DNA from: Paraspadella gotoi
Lineage: Eukaryota; Animalia; Chaetognatha
NCBI GenBank assembly: GCA_051294375.1
Contig: JBJCIZ010000744.1
Coordinates: 1,168,262 to 1,232,261, forward strand
Direction: 5' to 3'
DNA length: 64,000 nt
Shown here: positions 41,038 to 57,832 of the stretch, in pieces
Layout of the letters: each line of letters opens with the position of its first letter
Numbering within the stretch: the stretch's first letter is position 1
Notes under the pieces: model-generated
The model's database searches: none
Told to the model about the DNA's origin: nothing
The model's input: the letters and a program-made list of their open reading frames with translations, nothing else
Translations under genes and position numbers: made by a program

Positions 41038-44000
41038 CTACTTTTTCTTTCCTCCCTCGATCTTCGGCGTCTCTCCCAAGAGAGGAATTTCCTCCGGTTC
41101 GTTCCGTCTCGCCTGAAGGGAGATCGGGGAACAAGAAAGGGAATCGGGGAACAAGAAAGGGAATCGGGGAACAAAAAAAGGAAAGGGGAACAAAAAAGGG
41201 AATCGTGAAACAAGAAAGGGAATCGTGAAACAAGAAAGGGAATCGTGAAACAAGAAAGGGAATCGTGAAACAAGAAAGGGAATCGTGAAACAAGAAAGGG
41301 AATCGTGAAACAAGAAAGGGAATCGTGAAACAAGAAAGGGAATCGTGAAACAAGAAAGGGAATCGTGAAACAAGAAAGGGAATCGTGAAACAAGAAAGGG
41401 AATCGTGAAACAAGAAAGGGAATCGTGAAACAAGAAAGGGAATCGTGAAACAAGAAAGGAAATCGGGGAACAAGAAAAGGAATCGGGGAATAAGAAGGGG
41501 ATCGAAGTGGGAAAAGATATCGGAGGGGGAATCAAAGGAGGAAGGGGCTGGGTGACTGAAAGACTACACCTATCGATCCCTATATTTATTCTTTTTTTAA
41601 TTATTTTTCATTCTTTCTCTCATTCCCTCATAGATATATTTTTTTCTCTCTCTGTCTCAATCTCTCTCTCTCTGTCTCAATCTCTCTCCGTTTCAAAGAA
41701 CTTTCTCGATAAAACCTCAAATAGAGATACTAGACAATCTTGATTCTAATGATGACAGACGGAGCGACCCAATTCGACCTTACCTGTGCGGGAAAGCGAC
41801 CCAATTCGACCTTACCTGTGCGGGAAAGGCCTCCCACGGAGCGCTGAGGTCGAACTTGCGGAATTCCTGCGTCATTTCCAGCGGCTCGATGACGACGCGC
41901 ATCACCTTGGATCGAAAGGAGGGTGGGGGGGCGTGAATTCTTCTCTCTCTCTCTCTCACACCTCATCGTCATATCTGCACTCGGTGTAGCCGGTGAGCGG
42001 GAAGTCTTTTCTCTCTCTCTCTCTCACACCTCATCGTTGTATCTGCACTCGGTGTAGCCGGTGAGCGGGAAGTCTTTTCTCTCTCTCTCTCTCACACACA
42101 CACCTCATCATCGTATCTGCACTCGGTGTAGCCGGTGAGCGGGAAGTCCTTCCGGAAAGGGTGACCCTCGAACCCGTAATCGGTGAGGATGCGGCGGAGG
42201 TCGGGGTGGTTGGTGAAGAAGATCCCGAACATATCCCACGCCTCGCGCTCGAACCTTTCGAGAGAGAACGAGAAATTCGAGATTAATTTCTGTATCGTTT
42301 ATAAAGATAGTGATGCAATGACACCCACAACCTCAATTCCCCCCCCCTCTTTTTAAACGCACCAATTGGCGCCGGGATAGATGTCGACGATCGACTCGAT
42401 GGCGGTGTGTTCGTCCGTGTAAGTCTTAATACGAATCCTCTGGTTGAATCGAAAGGAGAGGAGGTTGTAGACCACCTCGAAGCGATACGGACGAGTGGGG
42501 ACGTCCACGCCACAAATGTCCACCATGCTGTCAAGATTGAATCGTAATATATTTAAAAGTATGGCGCGAGAATAAAGATCGCTCGCCTAAGGCTGTAATC
42601 CCGCTTCGGGTATTTTAGACAATGATTTTGAAAATTAGAATAACTATCATTAATTTCACCCCACTGATAAATATAGGACGTTCTTCAGTTTATAAAAACG
42701 GTGGGCTATAGTTATCTTTTCCTTATAACATCGAGCACACTAGGTGAATTTCTATGCCTCAAAATACTAAGGTAAACGAATGATTTCTTCAATCAAATCT
42801 CGTTATCTGATTAATTTAAGAAAGAAGTACATGCGATTTTTCATGGTAAGCCCAACTTTTAAAGATAAAATTGCTCATAGGAATTTTAGGCGTCAATCAG
42901 ATTCACAGAACTCTTCAGGATAAGATGACACTTAATCTTTTTCTTTTTTTCTCTCCCTTTTTCTTTTTCCTTCTCTTTCTCCCTCTCTGTCACTCTCTCT
43001 GTCACTATCATTTTCCTTCCTTCAATCATTCTCTCATCCCTTTCCTCTTTCTCCCTCTCTGTGTCACTCTTTTTGTCACTCTTCTTCCCTCCTTCAATCC
43101 TTCTCTCATCCCTTTCCTCTCTCTTTCCTCTCTTTTGCCTTTTTACCTTATTATTTTTTTCTTCCTTTTTATCTCTGCTTTTCTTCTCTCTCTTCATCTC
43201 TCTCTCCTTTTTTCTACTTTCAAATCCAATCCCTTTCCCTCTACCTGCTCCTCTTTTTTTCACACATTCTTTCTCGCTCCACTTCTCTTTTTCTCTCTGT
43301 TGTCTATTTTCTGACGTGACCAAATGAAAAAGTTTTGAAAAGAACTGTAGTAAAAAAAATTTTGGGTAGCGCAAGATTTTATTTCAATTTTGGTTGCCAA
43401 GCAGATTTAGTAAATCGACAGATTTTGCGGAAAATATTTTCCGCAAAATCTGTCGATTCTGAGAAAAAACAAGTCCTGACGCTTTCCATTGGGTTAAAAG
43501 GATGCGGTTTTTTTTTAATTAATCAAGGTCAGTATGTACCTCATCTTTTAAAACTAATAAATGAGTTGAAAATATTCTCTTTATCAAAAATAAATGCAAG
43601 TCACAAAAAGTCACAAATTAAAAAACGTCTTTAAAAATTATTTGTGGCTAAACAAAAAAGTTTTTTTAATAATTTTATAGGTGTTAAAAGCTTATTCAAT
43701 TGCCTATATTTTCTGTTAATTTAAACCAATTTGAACAATTTTCGTTTAACAAATTATGATAAAAACAGAAAATGAAACTTTTTGACTTGTCAACTTTAAA
43801 ATTAATTCATAGGCAAACTATAAATGATTTAAGGAAAAAAATTACCACCAGAGGTAAGAAGATAAGGAGAACGGATTTCCAAAGTAAAAAATTTTTCTCA
43901 ACTTTCCTTGGCATTCAAATCAGAAGACGAAAGTGAAAATGGAAAAAATGGACATGATTTTTTTTCCTAAATGTAGAAAAAATTGTACTTATTATCATTA

Positions 44001-45999
44001 GAAACAGGTGGAGATGATTTTAACCAATCCTTAGTTCGGCCCAATTTGTATTGTGGTACAAATTAAATTAATATTGTAAGTAACAACTGAACAATATTGA
44101 AAAAAAGTTGTTTTTTTGCTAAATTCGCGGTTTGTAAGCGGAACCCTAATTATTCATTCGTTCGATAAACTTTAAACAAACTATCCTTGGCTTTTCAAAG
44201 AGTATTCAAAGGCTTCAAATAGTATTCCCCGATCTAAACTTAAGGGAGTGGTCCGTTAAATAGATTCTTTTAAAATATTATACCACTTCATTGATATTAT
44301 ATATTATACCACTTCATTGACAGGGATGCCAGGTTCTCTCGCAGTGAAAAACGTGAGAGAACGGGACCTGCATTTTTATTATCTAAGAGTGAGGAGGGCC
44401 TTAAACCAGCAAAGCCTGTCCAAAGTAAAGAAAAGATAGCTTAGTTATTAAATGAATCGATAAATTTTTTATTTATTGTACTAATTTCATACAACTCGCG
44501 GAGTATGGTGGACTAAAATCCACCAACCGTTCATCAGCGGCCATTGGTGCCGAGGCAAGTCATTCGCCTCCCAACCCAAAGGTCCGGGGTTCTAGCCCGG
44601 TGGTCGTCTAGCAGTTAAGAGGGATGGGCGCTTAACCCGCCTAAAAATGGTGTTACAGCCTGATCCGAAGCTCAGGGACTGCTTGTACTGAACGGTTCTT
44701 TCACTAACACATAACAAATATCACTGTTTTCATTGGTGAGCCCGACTTCAAACAACAGCAACACCACTTTCAGGCACATGCCTCAACCTGGCGATGCACT
44801 TTCGCCCACAACACATCAGGCGACATGCCTCAACTTGGTGACGAACTTTCCACCAACAACAATTCACTGAAGAGACGCAACAGATTTCTCCCTACGGGGG
44901 GGGGATGTATGTGGACTAAAATCCACCAACCGTTCATCGCGGCCATGGTGCCGGAGAGGCAATCATTGCCTCCCAACCCAAAGGTCAGGGGTTCTAACCC
45001 GGTGGTCGTCTGGCAGTTAGGAGGGACGGGCGCTTAACTCGCCTGTAACATGGTGTTACAGCCTGATCCGAAGCTCAGGGTCTGCTTGTACTGAACGGTT
45101 CTTTCACTAACACATAACAAATATCACTGTCTCTTCAGGAGTCTTGTTTCTGAATGTTATTATAGTTATTATTATTATTATTATCTTTTATAGAGGCCTA
45201 AACGCACCATAATCTGTCCAAATGTCAGGGGCAGTTAGCTCGTTAATTGAATGGATGTTAATTGAATGAATGGACACAATTTTTTAAAAATCCATTGAAC
45301 CGAATTCATTCGAAATCAATAATCATTGAGAGAACGTCATCAAAGTTTTAAACACAATCGAGATTCACCTAGAAACTGGGCGTTGGTGTGATTCTTGAGA
45401 AAGTACATGACTTGAAAGACGCCTCTGGGTGAATGAGAAGCTCGAGTTCGTCTGGGATTGAAGTTGAATCTTTTGGATGTACTTGGGGAGGATCTGGGAG
45501 GGGAGGGCAGGGGGAGATAGGGGGTAAGGAAGGGGGGGAGATAGGGGTAAGGAAGGGGGGAGATAGGTAGTAGGAGAAAGGTGAAGAGTGGATTGAGAAG
45601 AATTGGAAATATAGGTATAGTAGGGGATACTGGTTTTTGAAAATAACCAATAAAATTGTTAAATAACTACTTATCAAATCTATGATCGAAGTTTCAAAAC
45701 AAAATGAAAATAACGAAAATAATATTAACAACTCTCCGTAATACATTTAAAAGATGGAACCGCCCTCACTTACCCCATTCGATCTCCAAGTGAACTTACC
45801 TCGGCGCAATATTCCCCGAAGGCTTGACTTTTCCCTCAGCCCTTCCACCGGTTGCCTCACCTCAGGTGAGTCGAGGCCATCTTCACGCTAGGCATCTGCG
45901 TCCGCGGGCGCGGACGACGGCGCCGCCGACGCCGCGGGGCGCGGAACGAACGACGCCGGCAACGAGGGCGCGGCCGACTCGCGAAGCCGCGGATATCAT
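41038..45999 (-). CDS. NDUFS3: NADH:ubiquinone oxidoreductase core subunit S3, multi-exon
   Basis: Arg/Ala-rich targeting peptide [12 protein letters not shown]; [30 protein letters not shown]; [18 protein letters not shown]; [35 protein letters not shown]; [15 protein letters not shown]; last exon ends KIEGGKKK* at 41038. Confidence 0.95.
41125..41500. repeat. 20-bp minisatellite (gaatcgtgaaacaagaaagg)n in the last NDUFS3 intron
   Basis: About 13 perfect units at 41200-41460 with degenerate flanking units. Confidence 0.95.
42605..44142 (-). mobile_element. ~1.5 kb interspersed element, copy B (NDUFS3 intron), inverted relative to copy A
   Basis: Reverse-complement similarity to 31270-32800; perfect 46-bp palindrome at 43413-43458. 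Confidence 0.75.
44505..44730 (+). mobile_element. tRNA-derived SINE-like element, copy 1
   Basis: A-box-like tggtgccg(g)agg, anticodon-loop-like ctcccaa, B-box-like ggttctagccc, followed by a non-tRNA tail. Confidence 0.6.
44908..45130 (+). mobile_element. tRNA-derived SINE-like element, copy 2
   Basis: Direct repeat of 44505-44730 with substitutions (B-box ggttctaaccc) that are reproduced in the second assembly copy. Confidence 0.6.
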
Positions 46000-46880
46000 T
46001 GTCTTTACCAAGCGAGAATGAGATTGGACGATGAAATACGAAATTTTATTATTAATGGATAATTGGATATTATATACATACATACATACTTGGATAAAAA
46101 CCCATACATTCTATTGAAATCCCAAAAGAGAACTCTTTATTTTCAAAATAATTTCTATTAAGCAGCCTTGAACGATGTTTTGACAGTCAGGGCGAAAGCC
46201 TAAGGCCTTTTTTTTTTTTAATATTTTTAAATAAAAATTTAATTGCAAAGCTTTTGCCTTCTATACATCCGTCTCGGCAATTCGCTTTAATTACAGAGGG
46301 ACAGAGAAACTTCCTTCTTTTTTTATTATTTTTTTAAAAAAATTTTTACCACAAATTCTAAAATATACAACCAAGAGTTCATATCCGGCTCAAATCTTCC
46401 CGTAATTAGTATGTTTGAATGTATTTTATCGTCATTCTCATTACTTCAATTCGGTTTTGATCCTTTTTTGTTTATTTTTTTTTTTTTTTTAAATCTAAAT
46501 TCTCGATTTCGGAATTCGAATCGATTTTAATTCCGCATCGCGATAAAGATAGAGACAGGTCAGAGAGAACTGGCGAAGGCAGAGTCAACCGATTTCTCTC
46601 GTTCTCTCGACAAAAAAAAAAATCCAATTAATTTTCTGACTAAAAAAAAAAAAAAGCGGTGAAAATGCACGAAAAATTCTGAACTATCATTAATCGTCGG
46701 TTGTGAACTGTTATCGTCGCCATCACAGAAAACCTTTTTTTATGAAAAGGGGAAATACAAACGCTGGTGTCTTTTTTATTATTATCGTTATTTACGGTTT
46801 TTATTTTAAGCGGAAACGGATTTAGAAAAAGAACGAAAACATATTAAACTTTATTTCATCGGAAAAAAAAAAACGAAAGG

Positions 46881-46882
46881 GG

Positions 46883-46952
<70 letters not shown>
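46881..46952. repeat. (GA)n microsatellite 3' of PSMA7
   Basis: Directly visible. Confidence 0.9.
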
Positions 46953-46955
<3 letters not shown>

Positions 46956-47117
46956 GCACAACAGTGGAATTCAAGAGACGAGAGAACTTTTTTAAGTCTT
47001 TTTCGGGCGACAAATTTTTCGGGCACAATAAACTTTTGATGGAATGGGTTTTTTTTCGCCGCCTTATGACAGGACAGGAAAGGACATATAAGTTTCTTCC
47101 TCCTCCTCCTTCCATAT

Positions 47118-48907
<1,790 letters not shown>

Positions 48908-49179
48908 TTAATTTAAAAGAAAAAAAAAGGAAATTATGAAAATTCCAATTTTAAAAATAAACCATCAACCCTTAGAGAAAGAGAAGCCGGAAGAAAAGAG
49001 AGAAAAAAAGAAGGAAAAGGTTTTACTTCTAATGTTAAAACACTTCAATGTTAAAAACAAGAACGGTGATTCCAATGCGTTGCGCCGGCAGTGACTTATT
49101 TTCACGTGTATTTCCCTTTGATTCACATATGGACATGACATAAGAAAATTTTTGCCCGTGTATTTACGACATTCACTTT

Positions 49180-49897
49180 TACTTTCGCCGACCGGGGTTA
49201 GGGAGGGGGTTAGGATTAAGAGTGGTTTAAGTAGGCCAAACTTTGTCAATGGGGTGGGTCAGAAGTTTGAATTGGGAACCTTCCAAATGAAACTTCATAC
49301 ATTACTGAAAAAACTTTCAATGGACCAAATTTTTTTTAAATGGCTAGAAGCATTATAATTTAATTTTTAATATTTACTTATAGATAAGAATATCAACAAA
49401 GATTTTTTGGTATTTGTATTTTTAAAAGCAGATTCAGATAACTTATGAAAAGTTGTCTTTTTTTTAATATTTTGATGATAGTGGGTCAAAATTAGGAAAA
49501 CTTAAAAAAATTATCCTTATCATCCGATAATTTTAACAGTTTTTGCTATTTTTTAATAAAAAAACATTAAAATTTAAAAAGTTGTAATTATATTTTTTGA
49601 TTAACTTTTTGAGCTTTAAAATAGTATATAAATAATTTTAATTAACTAATTACTCATGGTTGGAAACATTTTTGCAAAAAAAAAATATTTTAACACTAAT
49701 TAATAATGGATTCATTTACTGCTGTTCCCATTAAAATTTAAATTTGGTTGGCTACCTCTAGTTTAGGGATAGGGGTGGTTAGGGTTAAAAGGGTTTAGGG
49801 TTAAGGTAATAAGATAATATTTTTTTTATTTTTTTTTTAAAAATAAATAATTTTAAATAGTTTTGAAAAGCTGGAAAAAACACGGTCGGTGTGAAAA
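49180..49897. mobile_element. Putative MITE with ctttcgccgaccgg-type ends and TTAGGG-like subterminal motifs
   Basis: Left end tactttcgccgaccgggg; imperfect inverted right end (cc)acggtcggtgaaa; degenerate ggttaggg units at ~49195-49220 and ~49760-49810. Confidence 0.4.
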
Positions 49898-49920
49898 TCA
49901 AATTTAGCCATTCTGGCTTT

Positions 49921-50101
49921 TATTCTTTATAGTTTTAGGAATCTGAGGCGGCGCTCGCAGTCTTTAGATTTGAGTTTTTTTCTGTCTTAACAAATGAGCA
50001 ACCACCTATAAGCAAATTATACACATTTTTTAACGTAAGTGGGACAGACCGACAGACATACCGACCGACCGACTTACAGAGTTGCTCCGCGAGTACTCGC
50101 G
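49921..50101 (+). mobile_element. Second copy of the DINE-1/Helentron-like repeat
   Basis: Matches 1053-1250, including cagacataccgaccgac and agttgctccgcgagtactcgcg. Confidence 0.55.
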
Positions 50102-50699
50102 AAAAAAATGAAATGAAAGATAAATAATCAAAAGTCGAATTTGGATTTTAAACTCGAATTCTAAAATCTAAATAAAGGCTATTATAATTATATAAACTAA
50201 TTATAAAAAATAATTAATAAATTTTCCGTCTCTAAACAGCAAGGATTTAATTAACACTTGATATATACAACGCATAATAGATGGCATACAACATAAAATT
50301 TATTTGGCACTTGTTAAGACACAAGTAACCTAACTTATCACAACGTAGCCACAAAAAATGTGATCTAAATATGACTAGGCGATCGATTGGTGCAAGAAAA
50401 TAAAAAAAAAATCACAAATCATTAACCACAATTTTTTTGTAGTAGTAGTTCATTCGTGTAACGAGTGCAGTATGAGCCAAAAAACAAAACCAGAATTAAA
50501 TTGTCTAAAAAGATTAAAATAACGGCGTTTGAACCGATGCAACAAAAAATCCACTTTTTTTTCATCGAGCTTCTACTCTTCCATCGATGACGGAGTGTCG
50601 CTCTCACACACTTCTACCAAACTGATCGTTCGTTCCGCTTCGCCATAAATCCTTTTTCAACATGCCATTTCTCCATCCGCGCCACAAACACAAAAGCCT

Positions 50700-52590
50700 C
50701 TACTTAGCCTCACCTTCCCCAGCTCGCCTCTCCCCATCCGCCCGCTCACTCCCATCGAACAGCCTCAACAACCTAAGTCCTTCCACTCCTCCATAGAGGA
50801 TGGCGGAGTGTCGCTCTCCGACTTCTCCCCCCAATCGATCGTTCGCTCCTTCTCGTATTTTTCGATCTCTTTTTCGAGTGACTGTCCTCGGCTTCTCCGT
50901 CCGCGCGCTGGGATTCAAGACGTTTCTCACCGTAAAGCATAGTTTGCGTTGGAGATCTGATTCGCGTTCCTGTATTCCATCTTTCGCGAGGAAATTTTTA
51001 AATCTTTGGCCAGAGAGATGGCTTGTTGGCGTACTTTCTGGCCTTCTCTCGTCTCCTTTCGAATGGACGCTACCCCTTTGCACTGAAGGAAGACGGCTAA
51101 GGCGCAAAAAGACGTCAAACTGCAGAGGGCACTTGGGACAGTAAGGAACGAGGTTACGCGCCTCCTTGTGCAGCTCCTCAATCTGGGCCAGCTTGTCCTT
51201 GTCCCGAGCGTAGAGGCACAGCATGCACGAGGCCATGTTCTTTAACAACCTCGCAGTACACTGCTCCTGTCCAACTTCAGTTCTCCATCATGGCATGGGC
51301 GTTGGTGTAGTGAGCTTCGGCTATTTGGTAGTGTTGCCGCTGAGCATTCACGTCAGCCAGGCTCTTTTCCGCATCCATGGTAACCGGGTGAACGCCCCAT
51401 GAACTTTTTGCAAATGACAAAAGGTGCTTCAAGCACTCCTGCCCTCGAATGACCTCTTCCTTGTGGACGCTCTTTGTCAATTGAATAGCCAGACTCATTT
51501 CACATAATGAGAAAGAATATTCTCCGACTTTTCCCTCGTTTGACTCCGAGGTTCCTTTTTCTCCTCTCGCCAGCTTTCTCTTCTTCTTGATGACATGAAA
51601 AAGATCCCGCGCGGCATTAAACTCGTCAGTCGCATCGGATTGCATATCCCGCTTCACGTTGTTCATCCTGGCCAAGTAGAAGCCGTGAGTGTAGTGAAAA
51701 TAAGCCTCGGCCATAAGTGATTTCCAGGTCTGATCTGGGTCGTTGAGGAGCGTCTTGCTGTGGGCGATCCAACTCGACACCGCCTCTGAGTTAAAGAAGT
51801 CGGACGAGTGGATCTTGTAAGAATCGACAATGACCTGAAGAATTCGCCCATCGGGGCCATCTTTTGTTATTTCGAAAACAAACTGGAAATTGTGTCGAGA
51901 AAAGTTAATGAGAAGATCAAAATAGCGGTGACTCACGCTGTGGTTAAGAAAGTTGACGACAAGATTCAGGTTTGTGGCAAGGTCAAGCGAGGCAAGAAGC
52001 TTCCTTAATATCAGCCTGAGTAACACATATTCGTTCTCATCAATGAGACACTCGCAGACGGTTTGAGCGCAAACTCGTAGAGTTCAAGATCGGAGAGAAA
52101 CCTCTTACGGCAAAGGACAAAGGCATCCTGATCGAAGAGTTGATGGATACTTGAATCAATTCTTTTAACATGATGTTGACGAAATCAACGTAGTGCGTCT
52201 GGCATTTCCGGCGGTAGGTCGTTCGACAATAACTGCGGATGAAAGGGTGGATGGTGTATTTGTGGCTATTGTCTTGGGCTTTAAACTCGTTGATAAGAGA
52301 TTTCTTCTCATCTTTCCCAAGAGGCGGAAGCATCTCCGGCCGAACATTTTCACGGCGAGTTCGAGCGAGAAGGGACCCGCGAAGACGGCGAGCATCTGCA
52401 TGAAGGAGATCTCTTCGGGCGAGAGAGTGCGGAAGGATGTGCTGATGATCCAGGGAGGGCGTTCTCTCCGACTTCCTTGAAGAAGCCGAACATGTCCCGG
52501 CAAAATTCGGCGACAATCTCGGGCCTGGTAACAACGTTTTATATTTGAATTGAAATGTTCCGGTTGAGAAATAGGATTGTGGACGCAGCA
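50700..52590 (-). other. Redundant, frameshifted copy of the last exon of the STAND-TPR gene
   Basis: Same peptides as ORF 59664-61469, split over three ORFs; lies inside the gap-flanking duplication. Confidence 0.8.
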
Positions 52591-52950
52591 AGTAATAAAT
52601 AATAAAAAATAATAATAATAAAACAATAATAATAATAGAAAAAATACAGAGGGCTTCATATTATAAATTTTTGTGACCAGAATCTGTTCCACCCAAACTA
52701 CCCGAGCGAATTTTATAAAGTTATACATTTAAACTATAGAGTCCTTATGACCATATACACTGCGGCGCAAAAAAACCCCCCCCCAAAAAAAACACGTCTT
52801 TCACACCGAAAAAACTATATTGGATGGATGAATTTCACTAAAATATAAATTAATTTTTAATCAAGAAGAGTCTTTAACTTTTCCTTATTATAATATATTT
52901 ATAATATGAAATTAGCTGAAACAAATTCAGTATTAATATCTGTAAGGATA

Positions 52951-52975
52951 NNNNNNNNNNNNNNNNNNNNNNNNN
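52951..52975. other. Assembly gap (25 N)
   Basis: Run of N. Confidence 1.
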
Positions 52976-54280
52976 TGAACAATATTGAAAAAAGTTGTTT
53001 TTTTGCTAAATTCGCGGTTTGTAAGCGGAACCCTAATTATTCATTCGTTCGATAAACTTTAAACAAACTATCCTTGGCTTTTCAAAGAGTATTCAAAGGC
53101 TTCAAATAGTATTCCCCGATCTAATACTTAAGGGAGTGGTCCGTTAATAGATTCTTTTAAAATATTATACCACTTCATTGATATTATATATTATACCACT
53201 TCATTGACAGGGATGCCAGGTTCTCTCGCAGTGAATAAACGTGAGAGAACGGGACCTGCATTTTTATTATCTAAGAGTGAGGAGGGCCTTAAACCAGCAA
53301 AGCCTGTCCAAAGTAAAGGAAAAGATAGCTTAGTTATTAAATGAATCGATAAATTTTTTATTTATTGTACTAATTTCATACAACTCGCGGAGTATGGTGG
53401 ACTAAAATCCACCAACCGTTCATCAGCGGCCATTGGTGCCGGAGGCAAGTCATTCGCCTCCCAACCCAAAGGTCCGGGGTTCTAGCCCGGTGGTCGTCTA
53501 GCAGTTAAGAGGGATGGGGCGCTTAACCCGCCTAAAACATGGTGTTACAGCCTGATCCGAAGCTCAGGGACTGCTTGTACTGAACGGTTCTTTCACTAAC
53601 ACATAACAAATATCACTGCTCTTCATTGGTGAGCCCGACTTCAAACAACAGCAACCAACACTTTCAGGCGACATGCCTCAACCTGGCGATGCACTTTCGC
53701 CCACAACACATCAGGCGACATGCCTCAACTTGGTGACGAACTTTCCACCAACAACAATTCACTGAAAGAGACGCAACAGATTTCTCCCTACGGGAGGGGG
53801 GATGTATGGTGGACTAAAATCCACCAACCGTTCATCAGCGGGCCATTGGTGCCGGAGGCAAGTCATTTGCTCCCAACCAAAGGTCAGGGGTTCTAACCCG
53901 GTGGTCGTCTGGCAGTTAGGAGGGACGGGCGCTTAACTCGCCTGTAACATGGTTTGTTACAGCCTGATCCGAAGCTCAGGGTCTGCTTGTACTGAACGGC
54001 GTTCTTTCACTAACACATAACAAATATCACTGTCTCTTCAGGAGTCTTGTTTCTGAATGTTATTATAGTTATTATTATTATTATTATCTTTTAAGAAGAA
54101 TAGAGGCCTAAACGCACCATAATCTGTCCAAATGTCAGGGGCAAGAATAGCTCGTTAATTGAATGAATGTTAATTGAATGAATGGACACAATTTTTTAAA
54201 ATCCATTGAACCGAATTCATTCGAAATCAATAATCATTGAGAGAACGTCATCAAAGTTTTAAACACAATCGAGATTCACC

Positions 54281-54907
54281 CTAGAAACTGGGCGTTGGTG
54301 TGATTCTTGAGAAAGTACATGACTTGAAAGACGCCCTCTGGGTGAATGAGAAGCTCGAGTTCGTCGTGGGATTGAAGTTGAATCTTTTGGATGTACTTGG
54401 GGAGGATCTGGGGAGGGGGGAGGGCAGGGGGAGATAGGGGGTAAGGAAGGGGGGGGAGATAGGTAGTAAGGAGAAAGGTGAAGAGTGGATTTGAGAAGAA
54501 TTGGAAATATAGGTATAGTAGGGGATACTGGATTTTGTAAATAACCAATAAAATTGTTAAATAACTACTTATCAAATCTATGATCGAAGTTTCAAAACAA
54601 AATGATAAAATAACGAAATAAATATTAACAACCTGCGTAATACATTTAAAAGATGGAACCGCCCTCACCCTTACCCCATTCGATCTCCAAGTGAACTTAC
54701 CTCGGCGCAATATTCCCCGAAGGCTTGAAGCTTTTCCCTCAGCCCTTCCACCGGTTGCCTCACCGTCAGGTGAGTCGAGGCCATCTTCACGCTAGGCATC
54801 TGCGGCGCTCCCGCGGCGCAGACGACGGCGCCGCCGACGCCGCGGGGCGCGGAACGAACGACGCCGGCAACGAGGGCGCGGCCGACTCGCGAAGCCGCGG
54901 ATATCAT
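54281..54907 (-). other. NDUFS3: Redundant copy of NDUFS3 exons 1-2
   Basis: [18 protein letters not shown] and [25 protein letters not shown]; lies inside the duplication. Confidence 0.8.
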
Positions 54908-55802
54908 TGTCTTTACCAAGCGAGAATGAGATTGGACGATGAAATACGAAATTTTATTATTAATGGATAATTGGATATTATATACATACATACATACTTG
55001 GATAAAACCCATACATTCTATTGAAATCCCAAAAGAGAACTCTTTATTTTCAAAATAATTTCTATTAAGCAGCCTTGAACGATGTTTTGACAGTCAGGGC
55101 GAAAGCTCAAGGCCTTTTTTTTTTTAATATTTTTAAATAAAAATTTAATTGCCAAAGCTTTTGCCTTCTATACATCCGTCTCGGCAATTCGCTTTAATTA
55201 CAGAGGGACAGAGAAACTTCCTTCTTTTTTTATTATTTTTTTAAAAAAATTTTTACCACAAATTCTAAAAATATACAACCAAGAGTTCATATCCGGCTCA
55301 AATCTTCCCGTAATTAGTATGTTTGAATGTATTTTATCGTCATTCTCATTACTTCAATTCGGTTTTGATCCTTTTTTGTTTATTTTTTTTTTTTTTTAAA
55401 TCTAAATTCTCGATTTCGGAATTCGAATCGATTTTAATTCCGCATCGCGATAAAGATAGAGACAGAGTCAGAGAGAACTGGCGAAGGCAGAGTCAACCGA
55501 TTTCTCTCGTTCTCTCGACAAAAAAAAAAATCCAATTAATTTTCTGACTAAAAAAAAAAAAAAAGCGTGAAAATGCACGAAAAATTCTGAACTATCATTA
55601 TCGTCGGTTGTGAACTGTTATCGTCGCCATCACAGAAAACCTTTTTTTATGAAAAGGGGAAATACAAACGCTGGTGTCTTTTTTATTATTATCGTTATTT
55701 ACGGTTTTTATTTTAAGCGGAAACGGATTCAGAAAAAGAACGAAAACATATTAAACTTTATTTCATCGGAAAAAAAAAAACGAAGGAGAGAGAGAGAGAG
55801 AG

Positions 55803-55838
<36 letters not shown>

Positions 55839-55841
55839 GAG

Positions 55842-55879
<38 letters not shown>

Positions 55880-56047
55880 GCACAACAGTGGAATTCAAAG
55901 AGACGAGAGAACTTTTTTAAGTCTTTTTCGGGCGACAAATTTTTCGGGCACAATAAACTTTTGATGGAATGGGTTTTTTTTCGCCGCCTTATGACAGGAC
56001 AGGAAAGGACATATAAGTTTCTTCCTCCTCCTCCTCCTTCCCTATAT

Positions 56048-57832
<1,785 letters not shown>

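Noticed and set aside
41125-41500. CRISPR-like array or repeat protein (ORFs 40931-41535)
   Set aside because: Identical contiguous 20-bp units with no spacers, inside an intron; it is a minisatellite.
44530-44605. Functional tRNA-Gly gene
   Set aside because: Degenerate T-loop, no convincing acceptor stem, and embedded in a longer repeated unit; better explained as a SINE head.
49760-49810. Interstitial telomere
   Set aside because: Only a few degenerate TTAGGG units, inside a probable dispersed element.
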